Origin: Nemertoderma westbladi
Lineage: Eukaryota > Animalia > Xenacoelomorpha
DNA: 34,595 nucleotides
Direction: 5' to 3'
Assembly: GCA_032718475.1 (NCBI GenBank)
Contig: JAUCBJ010006709.1
Span: 1-34,595 of the forward strand
Below, in pieces: positions 22,917-33,852 of the stretch. Made by a program: the position numbers and the translations under genes. How positions within the stretch are numbered: the stretch's first letter is position 1; every line of letters starts with the position of its first letter. Under the pieces are notes generated by a model. The model was not told where the DNA came from. It searched no databases and saw nothing but the letters and a program-made list of their open reading frames with translations.

Positions 22917-25900
22917 ATGTCGAAGCGGAGAAAGAAGCCATTGGAAATAAATGTAAAGGTATGTTTCTTCAAGTACTGTAACAGTTCCGGTACCATTTTA
23001 GCCTGTATCATGTCGTAGTGAATTGAATAGAATAAACAAACGTTCGCTTTATTTTCCGTACCTTTCGGTAAAAATATCAAGCGAGTTAATGTAATAGAAC
23101 GATGCCTTTCGTGGCATAAGGTTTTCGGTAAAAAGGAAAGATAAAACCTACTATTAATTAGTCTTACTTACTATAAAGTACTGACTTTTTTAGTTATACA
23201 GCATACTATTTATACTATATTCATAAATAAAGTCTTACTTACCGGTACCTACTATATGGACTCTATGTTTGAACGAGGTTGTTATTTATCTGTCCATGCG
23301 CTTTTGTGGTACCTGTAACGGACACACGGACAAGTGTGGTGAACAGAGAGATTCGATTAAATTAATGTTTTTCAGTACGCCTACCTTTTTATTGGGTACC
23401 GAATTTTGAGAACCCTTTCCTTTTCTATAATTTATAGTCTAATATATTTTATCATTGTATTAAAATTACCAGGTTGGAGATTGCCATTTAATGAAATGGA
23501 ATGATGCGAAATCTTACCAGGGGACTATACTCGAATATCCTTATGCAGACGGAAAAGGTTAGATTATGAAAACAATAAAATACAGTAGCCTATTTAGCTG
23601 AGCAACTTTCTAAATCATAAACTATTGGTAGATATTATGTCTTCGAAATCCGAACATCCTCGGACAGGGGGTGGGTGGGTTGGCTAAATTGGGACGTCCG
23701 ATTTTTCGATTTTTTAGGATTTATAGTTTTAACATAATAAAATTCACAATACTATACAGTTGGAGTCTGGAATACATAATTCGATTAGTTTGTTAACATA
23801 AGGTATTAAGTTGAGGCATATCTTCATTGTTTTACATTTGTGGTTACTGTGGTTTTTTTCAGATTTCGCACTAACAGCATTATCGCAATTTGAAAAAAAG
23901 TTAGGTGGAACCTTGTCTCAATTTTAGCATTATTTTACGGAATGGTGCAAATTAATAAAATATATGGTTAGGACATTATCGTACCATTTTTGGTTTTTTA
24001 TCCTGCTATTCATTATCGGTATAATTTTATCAGTGAAAGTGGTCCGTGAAACTTTCCCAGGGAAAATGGGGCTTATGTTATTACTGTTACCTTGCAACAT
24101 TTTTAGGATCAAAAGACTTAGTTAAAGTGATGTACAACGAAGATTCTATAACTAGTGTCATAAAACGGAATTGGGTATTGGGAAAAATAATTCGTAGTCC
24201 AGATAATAACATCAATTCCAGAAATTCCGAAATTCCAGAAAGTAAAGTCGAAAGTTGTGAAAGTCAAGTTAATGAATGTCCCATAAGTCAGTTGGATCAA
24301 GTGTTTGAATGTCCCAGAAGTAAAGAAGGTCAAGACGAAAGTCTTAAAGATATTGAATGTCCCGTGCTTCAAAAAAGTCAAATCGACAGTTGTCAAAGTC
24401 AAGTTAATGAATGTCCCATAAGTCAATTGGTTGAATGTCCCGTGAGTGAGCAGAGTCAAGTGGTGGAATGTTCCGGAAATCAGCAGAGTCAATTGGTTGA
24501 ATGTCCCGTTAGTCAGCAGAGTCAAGTGGTTGAATGTCCCGTTAGTCAGCAGAGTCAAGTGGTCGAATGTCCTGTTAGTCAGCAGAGTCAATTGGTAGAA
24601 TGTCCCGTTAGTCAGCAGAGTCAAGTGGTGGAATGTTCCGGAAATCAGCAGAGTCAAGTGGTGGAATGTTCCGGAAATCAGCAGAGTCAAGTGGTGGAAT
24701 GTCCCGTTAGTCAGCAGAGTCAAGTGGTGGAATGTCCCGTTAGTCAGCAGAGTCAATTGGTTGAATGTCCCGTTAGTCAGCAGAGTCAAGTGGTCGAATG
24801 TCCTGTTAGTCAGCAGAGTCAATTGGTTGAATGTCCCGTTAGTCAGCAGAGTCAATTGGTTGAATGTCCCGTTAGTCAGCAGAGTCAAGTGGTCGAATGT
24901 CCTGTTAGTCAGCAGAGTCAAGTGGTAGAATGTCCCGTTAGTCAGCAGAGTCAATTGGTTAAATGTCCCGTTAGTCAGCAGAGTCAAGTGGTCGAATGTC
25001 CTGTTAGTCAGCAGAGTCAATTGGTTGAATGTCCCGTTAGTCAGCAGAGTCAAGTGGTAGAATGTCCCGTTAGTCAGCAGAGTCAATTGGTTGAATGTCC
25101 CGTTAGTCAGCAGAGTCAAGTGGTCGAATGTCCTGTTAGTCAGCAGAGTCAATTGGTTGAATGTCCCGTTAGTCAGCAGAGTCAAGTGGTGGAATGTTCC
25201 GGAAATCAGCAGAGTCAAGTGGTGGAATGTCCCGTTAGTCAGCAGAGTCAAGTGGTGGAATGTCCCGTTAGTCAGCAGAGTCAATTGGTTGAATGTCCTG
25301 TTAGTCAGCAGAGTCAATTGGTGGAATGTCCCGTTAGTCAGCAGAGTCAATTGGTTGAATGTCCTGTTAGTCAGCAGATTCAAGTGGTGGAATGTTCTGG
25401 AAATCAGCAGAGTCAAGTGGTGGAATGTCTTCTTACGGAATTCTTACGATTTAAGAAACATTGGAATAATTGATCAAAATTTGGAGGATGATGATGATGA
25501 CGATGACGATAGAGCTGGTGGATCGGATTGGGTAGCTGATTCTGAAGAAGAAATTGGACCAGAAGAATTTGATGCAGACAATGGAGGTCCCGTAACACAC
25601 GTAAATGACAAAATTACAATAGCTTCCACGTCAAATCGAACTGTTGGTGGCGATTATGTTAGGGTTTACAATAAAGAACAGATGTGTTATTATTGTCAAG
25701 TACCTCAGACCAAGTTAAAACGACACCTTTTATCACAACATCGTGGTGAGAAAGAGGTGTCTCAACTTGCAATTGCGAATACCTTAGATGAGGCTAATAT
25801 AATACAGGCAAAAATTCGAAATTTAGGAGCGCATCAACACAATTGTGATGTGCTACTGAGAGGAGAGGGTAAGCTAATGGTCGTTTATAGACCCACCCCT

Positions 25901-28900
25901 GGTCACAATTACTCTGAGAAAGATTATAGTCCATGTCCTACTTGTTTAGGCTGGTACGTTAGGCGAGATTTATGGCGACACAGATGCCCAGTTGAAATCC
26001 AAAAGAAGAGTAGGCGTTTCTTATATGAAAGCGAGCTTTTAAAGCCTACGAACATGGGTATATCTGGAAAAATTTCTGAAGTATTAGGGACTATGCGCCC
26101 AGATAATGTCTCAATTGTGGTGAAATCAGATCCTACTATAATGAAAATGGCAAAAAGCCTGTGTCACAAGCACGGTCATAATAAAGAAAGAAACGCTTAT
26201 ATCCGTGATAAGCTTAGAGAGGTGGGGCGGTTGTTGGTTCAGTTGCGCATATGTACAAACAAACCAAATGGTAAGTTGAGTGATTATTTGCGCCCAGAAT
26301 GTTTAGATAACGTCATAGAAGCGACCCATCAAATTGCAGGCTTTGATAGTGACACACTGTCTCTAAGTAACCCATCGCTCGCATTGAAGATTGGACATGC
26401 TGTGAAGAAATGCGCTACGTTATTAAAAGGTACCGCAATAGAACATAATGATAGCCAACTTCTCAACATTACAGACAATTTCCTTCATCTTTGTGATTTA
26501 CGCTGGTCTGACTTCGTATCAGCCCACGCACTCAGAACAATATATGATCGTAAACGCAACACAAGTGATAATTTACCAGTTACAAGCGATGTTGTGAAAT
26601 TCTGCGAGTATCTGCAGCGTAACATTGACATCCATATAGGGAAATTAATTTCGGGTCATTCAAATTGTAAAGAACAATGGGGGGTCCTTAGTGAGATTGT
26701 GTTGTCTTATTTAATCATATTCAATCGGAGAAGGCAAGGAGAGGTCAGCAAAATGAAAGTTCAGGATTTCAATAAATCAATAGACTCGGGAACTGTAAAT
26801 AATTCGATAGATACGAATGATTTAGAAGAATTAGAAGTTCAACTAATGAAAATATTTCATGTTGTGGAAATTGTAGGGAAGAGGGGTAGAAATGTTCCGG
26901 TTTTACTCACGGACAAGATTAAAGAAGCACTAGCTCTCTTAATAAAATTAAGGAACATTGTTGGCGTTAACGAGATGAATCCCTATTTATTTCCAAGATC
27001 GAGTCAGGGAAGCCTCTGGCACATACGTGGATACGAAGCAATAAATAAGCACGCCATCCTTGCTAAATTGCTAAATCCAGAAACTATGAAATCTACCGAT
27101 CTTAGGAAGCATCTAGCCACGAGTGTACAGGTCTTGAATCTGAAAGAGAACGAGCTCGATATTTTAGCAAATTTTATGGGGCACGACATTCGTGTACATC
27201 GAGAGTATTACAGGCTGCCCGATAAAGTCCTACGTGTCACACAGCTTTCCAAGGTTTTCTTAGCCATGGAACAGGGAAAGATAACAGAACATCGTGGCAA
27301 GAGCTTGGAGGAGATTACTTTAGGTAATGGAATTTTAATAATTAGATGAAACTGTTCGTTCCGTCTTGTTTCTTATATTTGTTGTGTTTTTAATAAACCC
27401 TAAATCATGTTCCTGATCTGCTTCGATTGTACCATCGCTTCTTACTGAACTACTTGTAATTGTTTCTGACTATTGTCTTGTTTTACTGCTGTTTGTGATA
27501 ATAATTGTTTTGTTCCGAATAATTAATTGTTTGTCCGAATAATTACCGCATAATCTAATAATTGCACAATATTTCTTCCCGATTGCGTGTTATCATACAG
27601 TAATTGCTCTATTGTTATGTGAGTATTGACATCTGATGTCTCTAAATATTGCACTGCTCAAAAACTAAACGTGCTTCAATTTAAATATTATTGTTATCAG
27701 AGTGCCTGTTTACACAATTCAACATGTTGATTCAACATTTTACCTTTTACCTTGGTTATATTGAAAAATATCGAGTGTTGAAAAATATCGAGAGTAAAAA
27801 TATCGAGTGTTGAAAAATATCGTATATAATATCGTAATATAACAAAAAAATTGCTCTACAACATTTATAAATAGAAGTAGAAAATACTAGCTAGTATAAA
27901 AAATTATAATGTGATATATTTACTCTCGATATTTTTCAACACTCGATATTTTTACTCTCGATATTTTTCAAGTCTCGATATTTTTCACCATTACCTTTAC
28001 CTTTTATACTTTATATTATTAACATTTTTTCATCATAGAACCATCCCGCGACAGCGATTCCGACAGCGATTCGGACAGCAGCAACGAAGGAGACCAAGAG
28101 AATGAGAATTTATCTTCAGCGGTAAATGTGGATCGCGTTGTTCCACGTCCACTACCACGGCAACATGGTAAAGACGAACATGGAAGTAAATCCTCAAAGA
28201 TGAAAGTCGGCGTGAGAAATAGTAAGTGTAGGATAATAATTTACTTCACAAACTACCCAGTTAAAAATACAATGGCGTGGCATTTGGGTTAAAATTGCGT
28301 CTGGAGTAGCAATTGCGTACCCATGTTATTGCGTTTGATTACTGAGACGAATAGAGTATTACAGTATCCACAAATAGTGTAACAATTATTAGGTACAGCA
28401 ATGGAGTAGGCATTCTAGGTGAAAACGAAAACCGCCACTAAGTGTTGAAACTTAACGCAAAGCCCAGCATAGCAAATCAAATATCTCGTTTCGGATCATG
28501 AACAATGTGAATTATTAAATAAGGGAACGGAACATAATACAGTATATATGGTTTTTAAACAAAACAATAAACTAGAGCCAATAACGCATGTTACAGTCTG
28601 ACAGTGTTACTTTGCTGGTGTTTGCTTATGTTGCTTTTGTCCAGGTGGTTGTGTGACTAATAAGTCACTTTAATAAGTCATCATTCCCGATCTAACCAGA
28701 TGTAGGTCGGGTTATAGAGTAGTGCAGCTGCCACATGTTGGACAGCCACTCTCATCAATGTTTGTCTGTTAGTTTAATATATTCCAACCTAGAATTACCA
28801 ACCTAGGGGTTTATATATAATGGGCTATGACACCACCCCCACCTGAATTAAATTACACATGACAGATTACTTTAAACTAACTAGTGTGATTTTCTGGGGA

Positions 28901-29831
28901 CTTTCGACGCAATAAAAATCCAGCCTTTTCCAGGGGAAATTCGACGCAAATAACAGCTGATTATTCCAAAAAATAAAACTGTACTGAAAACTATTTTATT
29001 GACATTAGTTTAGTATAGTATACTGTAGGCTGGTATAAGGTGTAGGTAGGCTGCTGTAGGGTCTATATGTTGGGATAGTCTGCAATTGGTTTGTGTAAAA
29101 GATTAATCCCGAAATGTCTGTGTCTGGTCTAGTTAATATATTTTTGCTTTTTTTTTCGCTGTTTATACGCTATTCTGACCCTATTGGAATCTTTGCATAT
29201 TTTAAAAATACCGCAAACCTACACAATAAATACGGTGTAAATACAATTAAGGGAAACGCTATTTCCACCACATTGCAAGGGCGGACATTACAACCGCGCT
29301 TTAATGTCGTTTAATAATGGCGTTAATAATAGAGCAGCATTTTTAACTGGGTAGTTGAATACATTATTACGCTACGGAGTTGTTACAGTATAGAGTTTAT
29401 TTAATTGTATTTTATTGATATAAATTATTTTCATTGCTATCCTTTTAAACTGTTAAATTAAATTGTTAAGCTAAGAAATTAAATTCAACTTTTAAACTTA
29501 TATTTAAACATTTTCGATGTTAACTCGCGATATACTGTACGTATACATCTTTAGAAACATGATACAGTAATCTACATAGAATAATTAATTAACAAGAAAA
29601 ACAAATGCTTATATATTTTTAGAAAAATCAGTTCAAAGGAAGACATGGTCAGATGATGAGAGATGGGCCATTAAAAGGGCAATTAGGGGATTTCCACTCG
29701 CCCTGCAACTGCCGGGCAAAGAAGATATAGAAAAGTGGATCTTCAAATATCGTGCTCTAGGGGACCGCAACTGGCGAAATGTAAAAGATTTTATACGAAA
29801 CAACAGATCGAAACTACTCAAACATCCTTAA
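22917..29831 (+). CDS. Spliced gene: Tudor-like + SQ-rich repeat + Zn fingers + tyrosine recombinase + SANT/Myb-like tail; exons 22917-22958, 23473-23557, 24107-27323 (one +1 frameshift near 25430-25470), 28039-28221, 29623-29831
   Basis: All four introns are GT-AG (gtatgt, gttaga, gtaatg, gtaagt donors; ccag, ttttag, catag, tttttag acceptors) with matching phases 0,1,1,1. YR motifs FNRRRQGEV, GKRGR, STDLRKHLAT, FMGHDIRVHREYY; last exon RKTWSDDERWAI..LPGKEDI..RNWRNVKDFIRN. Confidence 0.8.
24427..25428 (+). repeat. 33-bp coding minisatellite, 30 full units plus a partial, encoding (V/L)VECPVSQQSQ / VVECSGNQQSQ
   Basis: Unit (g/t)tggtNgaatgtcccgttagtcagcagagtcaa from 24427 to 25416; no unique spacers; more degenerate units upstream from about 24240. 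Confidence 0.97.
27753..27990. mobile_element. Small foldback/MITE in intron 3
   Basis: Tandem aaaaatatcgag units (27764-27822) mirrored by ctcgatattttt units (about 27913-27987); flanked by ttacctt direct repeats. Confidence 0.7.
28256..29351. mobile_element. Non-autonomous DNA transposon with CCCAG termini and TA flanks (CMC/EnSpm-like) in intron 4
   Basis: ta-CCCAGTTAAAAAT ... ATTTTTAACTGGG-ta. Confidence 0.65.
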
Positions 29832-30413
29832 CTGGAGGATTAGGAATTACTATCTGAATTAATCTAATTCTGTTATAAATGTATCTCTATAGTAAGGTTA
29901 AGGAACTATGATTTTGTTGTGTCGGTCGGTAATATCATATTCATATCATACCAGTAGAGTGTCAGGTATATATTGGAGTGAATTAAACGGAATAAGTGAT
30001 TTTAATGCCTGGGGCTGGTAAACTAATTTCCTTACAATAATTTGTCTGTAGACATCAGTCAATATTATTAATTTGTGTTATGTCCTCTATTTGCGCAATT
30101 AAGCTTGTGACGTCATGGAATTTGGAAAAATGATACATACACGTCGGTTACCGGCACTATGGGGACACAGGAATTGGTACGCAACTTACTATTGGTTCGG
30201 GGACACATACAGAAGACACACTCACACCCTGTACACTTATTTTTAACAAATCGTGGACAAATGAAGATACCATTGAATTAATGATATATTTATGTTAATT
30301 AGTGTTCTAATTAGGTTTTTTAGTCTTTTCAAATCGGGGTCGTCCCCAGTCTGCACGATGTCCCCGTTTTGTGGGTGAAAATTATGGGATGTGTCCCCAG
30401 TTTACACCATTTG

Positions 30414-30415
<2 letters not shown>

Positions 30416-30482
<67 letters not shown>

Positions 30483-30500
30483 ACACACACACACACACAC
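30416..30500. repeat. (CA)n microsatellite (~85 bp, one interruption), right flank of the YR element
   Basis: CA run with a single CCC interruption at 30480-30482. Confidence 0.97.
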
Positions 30501-30961
30501 CTACGGGTGAAAGGTGTAAATCGGGGACATCCCTTTGTTACAAACAAACCGAGACCACCTTTCAAATTCATTATTTTTGACAATATACTTTTGAAAATAT
30601 TATATTCTTTATCGCTATAAAATTTCCTATCTACCCTATATCCTTTGATTGACCCAATCACCGTTTTTCCAAACACGCACTTCACCTTAAAACCGGGGAC
30701 TCACCACGTCGGAGGGAATACACATATGTGTATAATTGTGTTAAATCTTGGTATGATATAAACAATACAAAACGGGACATTTTACATTTGACAAGCATAT
30801 TTCATTACTCAAATAAGATATCCATCCCTGAATATTACCAAAGCCTCATTACTATTATTCAGCATGATCTTGAAAATATGATTTACATTATTGTCATAAT
30901 TTAAAGCTATGATTGCAGTTTTTCTGCAAACCCACGGGTGTACATACAATTCGGGGACATA

Positions 30962-31905
30962 GGGGCCGTCCAAGTATGACGTCTGCACTTTTCCCCCAAA
31001 TGTTGACCCCCTCCCTCCCCTAAATCAGATATCATCAGATAGGTGTTGACCCCCCCCCCCCCCTAAATCAGATTAAAAAATTTTTTGGAATAAACTATTA
31101 TCAGCAGGTTAAAGGTATTATATTGCATTGGACAGTTGGAGGGGGTGCACGGGGGCTGGCTGTTACATAGCTTATCTACAGTATATAGGAAGGTATAGAG
31201 TTGTAGTAGGATAGCCTATCGGGCCCATGTGAAGAATACCAGACTTTCTGCCGTTATGTTTCACTTTGCAGTTACCCCCATGTGAAGAATACCAGGTTTT
31301 CACCAAAAACACAGGTTACTGAAGGGCTGAATCTAACCAAAACAATAAACGAATTAGTATATGTACAGGTTATAAGACAGAAATAAGCGCTACAAAACAC
31401 TTAATAAAGATAAATTAAAAAAAATAAAAAATCTTCATATATAAAATTACAATAAAAAGTCGACCGAAAAGTGAAATCCTGGTATTCTTCACATGGGTGA
31501 TGCATGAGTTTATGAATGATAATAAACAAACATAAGCTAATAATAAGCCTATATGAACCGGTGGAGGTAACGGTACTGCAGTCTCTAACAATCATTAGCT
31601 TAGGATTAATGTTTCATTTTCAGGCGAACCCCTGTACCGCAGTACCCCAGTAGCACGCGTCCTAATCACTGAAACATGGTGACTGGTAACTGAAACAGAA
31701 GGTCGTGCTACGGGCCTTCGGGGGCTTCGAACAATAAAATAGGCAAGCTATTTACTCTTCTGCTATATCTCTTCTAGCACCTATAAATGAACATGCTGAC
31801 GTCAGATTTTGGCTGACCCCCTCCCCTCCCCTCATCAGCACGTCATCAGATTTTCCCAACCCCCCTCCCCCCCCTAAAGTGCTGACGTCATACTTGGACG
31901 GCCCC
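30962..31905. mobile_element. MITE with ~30-bp TIRs and 3-bp ATA target duplication (PIF/Harbinger-like)
   Basis: ATA-GGGGCCGTCCAAGTATGACGTCTGCACTTT ... AAAGTGCTGACGTCATACTTGGACGGCCCC-ATA; empty-site paralog at about 32157-32185. Confidence 0.85.
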
Positions 31906-32893
31906 ATATTGTATTTCGTTCAATGATTCACGTAGATAGTGGCGGATATTGACCGCAACGCCTTCTTGAGCTGGAGCTATGGTATAGTATATGTCGATGC
32001 TAGTTTTAGCAGGTCTGGATAACTTTGCTCCCCGCCCTCCATATTTTGACAGTGTGCCTTTTGGCTGATATTTATTATGATATCGAAAACATTTATTTCA
32101 TTTGTCAAATTTTAAGGCTATTATTACAGTGCAAACCCGCGGATGTGCATAAAACTCGGGGACATATTGTATTTGGTTCAATGCATTCACCATAGCAGCA
32201 ATACGCCTTTTTAGTGCAGGAGCCATGGTATTCTGTATTTCAATGCTTGTTGTAGCAGCTTTGGATAATATTCACCACCCTCCATATTTTACCGGCGTCT
32301 TTTAATTAATAATATGATATAGATAAAATTATTTACATCTAAATGTTTTACCCCAAATAAGTTTATAAATAGCACAAACGGCCAGTGTAAAAGATCTATC
32401 CGGCAAATTGGAAAAAAAACGCTTTCTGTGAATCCTATATAAAGTTTTCATTTTTGTCTGGCAACAACCTATAAACTAGAAAGACTGCTTCTGTTTGGTC
32501 GTCCAATGGAAAGATATAAGTAGTAATGTACTAATGTACAATAATACTAATTTCTACTATATATAAAAAATAGATTTAAAAAATAAGTAGAGAGGTTGGA
32601 GAATATTATTAAAGGATCACATTGTTAGCTATCGATATTTATTTTCGGGCGTATAGCAGTTTGTTAACGAGGGGCTATTTTAATTTCGAGTGTTGCTAAA
32701 GACTAACCCTCGCGTAAAAACCTGGCTCTTTCCAGAGTGTAGGGAATTTTAGATTCTTTTGCTATTTATACTAAATTAGAATTTAATTAGAAAATTAGAA
32801 TTACATTAGAATTTTAGATTCTATTACACTAGTACTACTCATTAAAGATCTGACAATAGGCCTACGACTTTTTTTAACGTTAATATACTGTAC

Positions 32894-33852
32894 ATACAAT
32901 ATTGCAATGTTCTAGAGTTAATATATGGAAATAATAATAATAATAATATTGGTTATTTATATAGCGCTTTTCTACGCTCATCATACTCAAAGCGCTTTTA
33001 TTATAATTACCCCAGCAAAGCCAGGTTCCCATTATACCGCTGGGTTGGCGTTGGCATTAATGTCTAAAGTGTCTTGCCCAGGGACACAACAGTGCGAAAT
33101 TTCCTGAAGTTTTCCAAATAACCTGAAGCGAATAAAACTGAATAATCACTGATGCCGTTCCAGAAGCAAATTAACCTGTATAATTACCGAGGCCGCAGGC
33201 CGAGGTTATTATATTAGGTTATTGTTAATTTTCGCATATTGCTTCGGAAACTAGGTAAAATTATAATCGTATAATTTTAAAAAAATGTTCTATAAATGTT
33301 GTTTTTTCCTAAAATTATACTCTTTTCTTAGAAATTGCTCTGTTACGGGATTCTAGAAAATATATGTTGCAGTATATTCATATAATTTTATGTATTATCC
33401 TATGGTTCAGCAATATACCAAACTTGCTACGGTTTCTTTCAATAATGTACTGTAGCTATTGTACTAGTGTAACTAACCCGTGTCACCATAATTATGCTTT
33501 AGCTGTTTTGGCTAGTGATTTATGTTCTGGGACATATTGTGGACTCATTACATGATAAATTGTTGTGATAGATAGTGTTTTCAATGGTAGATAGTCAAGG
33601 CGTATACTGTATTCTTAAAAATGGTACAGTAGCTAGTGTTTTTAAAAATACCAACAAATCGTATTTTTATTACGAATATCCATATTAAATTTGGTTTATC
33701 TTTATTTATTTATCAGTGAAAATAACCTCGGCCTGCGGCCTCGGTTATTATACAGGTCAATTTGCTTCTGGAACGGCATCAGTGATTATTCAGTTTTATT
33801 CGCTTCAGGTTATTATTTCCGTATATTAACTCTAGAACATTGCAATATTGTG
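32894..33852. mobile_element. Inverted-repeat (MITE-like) element; left arm interrupted by a SINE-like insert
   Basis: 32894-32935 plus 33119-33210 are the reverse complement of 33721-33852; its interior 33525-33720 recurs inverted at 34406-34595. Confidence 0.78.
32930..33118 (-). mobile_element. Truncated SINE or LINE-tail fragment
   Basis: Minus strand has GTGTCCCTGGGCAAGACACTT (SINE core-like) and ends AAAAGCGCTATATAAATAACCAATA(TTA)n, an L2-type tail; absent from the mirrored arm. Confidence 0.6.

Larger units (their letters stand above)
21591..30415 (+). mobile_element. Tyrosine-recombinase DNA transposon (Crypton/CryptonV-like) bounded by (CA)n tracts
   Basis: Left end TACGTACTAAACGTGTAAATTGCGGACA; right end reverse complement GGCAAATGGTGTAAACTGGGGACA; clustered GGGGAC/GTCCCC motifs near both ends; one spliced YR gene inside. 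Confidence 0.72.

Noticed and set aside
24118-25416. 432-aa antisense ORF (HLTLLTNGTF repeats)
   Set aside because: Shadow frame of a stop-free 33-bp repeat; the plus frame is the one linked by splice phase.
24427-25428. CRISPR array (33-bp periodicity)
   Set aside because: Units are head-to-tail with no unique spacers, no cas genes, eukaryotic context; it is a coding minisatellite.
25091-25430. N-terminal WWNVPLVSRVK repeats of the 752-aa ORF as real protein
   Set aside because: Alternative frame of the minisatellite, starts at TTG and is interrupted by TAG/TAA in upstream units.
25430-25448. ttcttacg duplication (11-bp spacing) as the cause of the frameshift
   Set aside because: Removing 11 nt does not restore the recombinase frame; it gives an immediate TAA.
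25470-27349. Prophage integrase or bacterial contamination
   Set aside because: The gene has phase-consistent spliceosomal introns containing eukaryotic MITEs and sits among LINEs.
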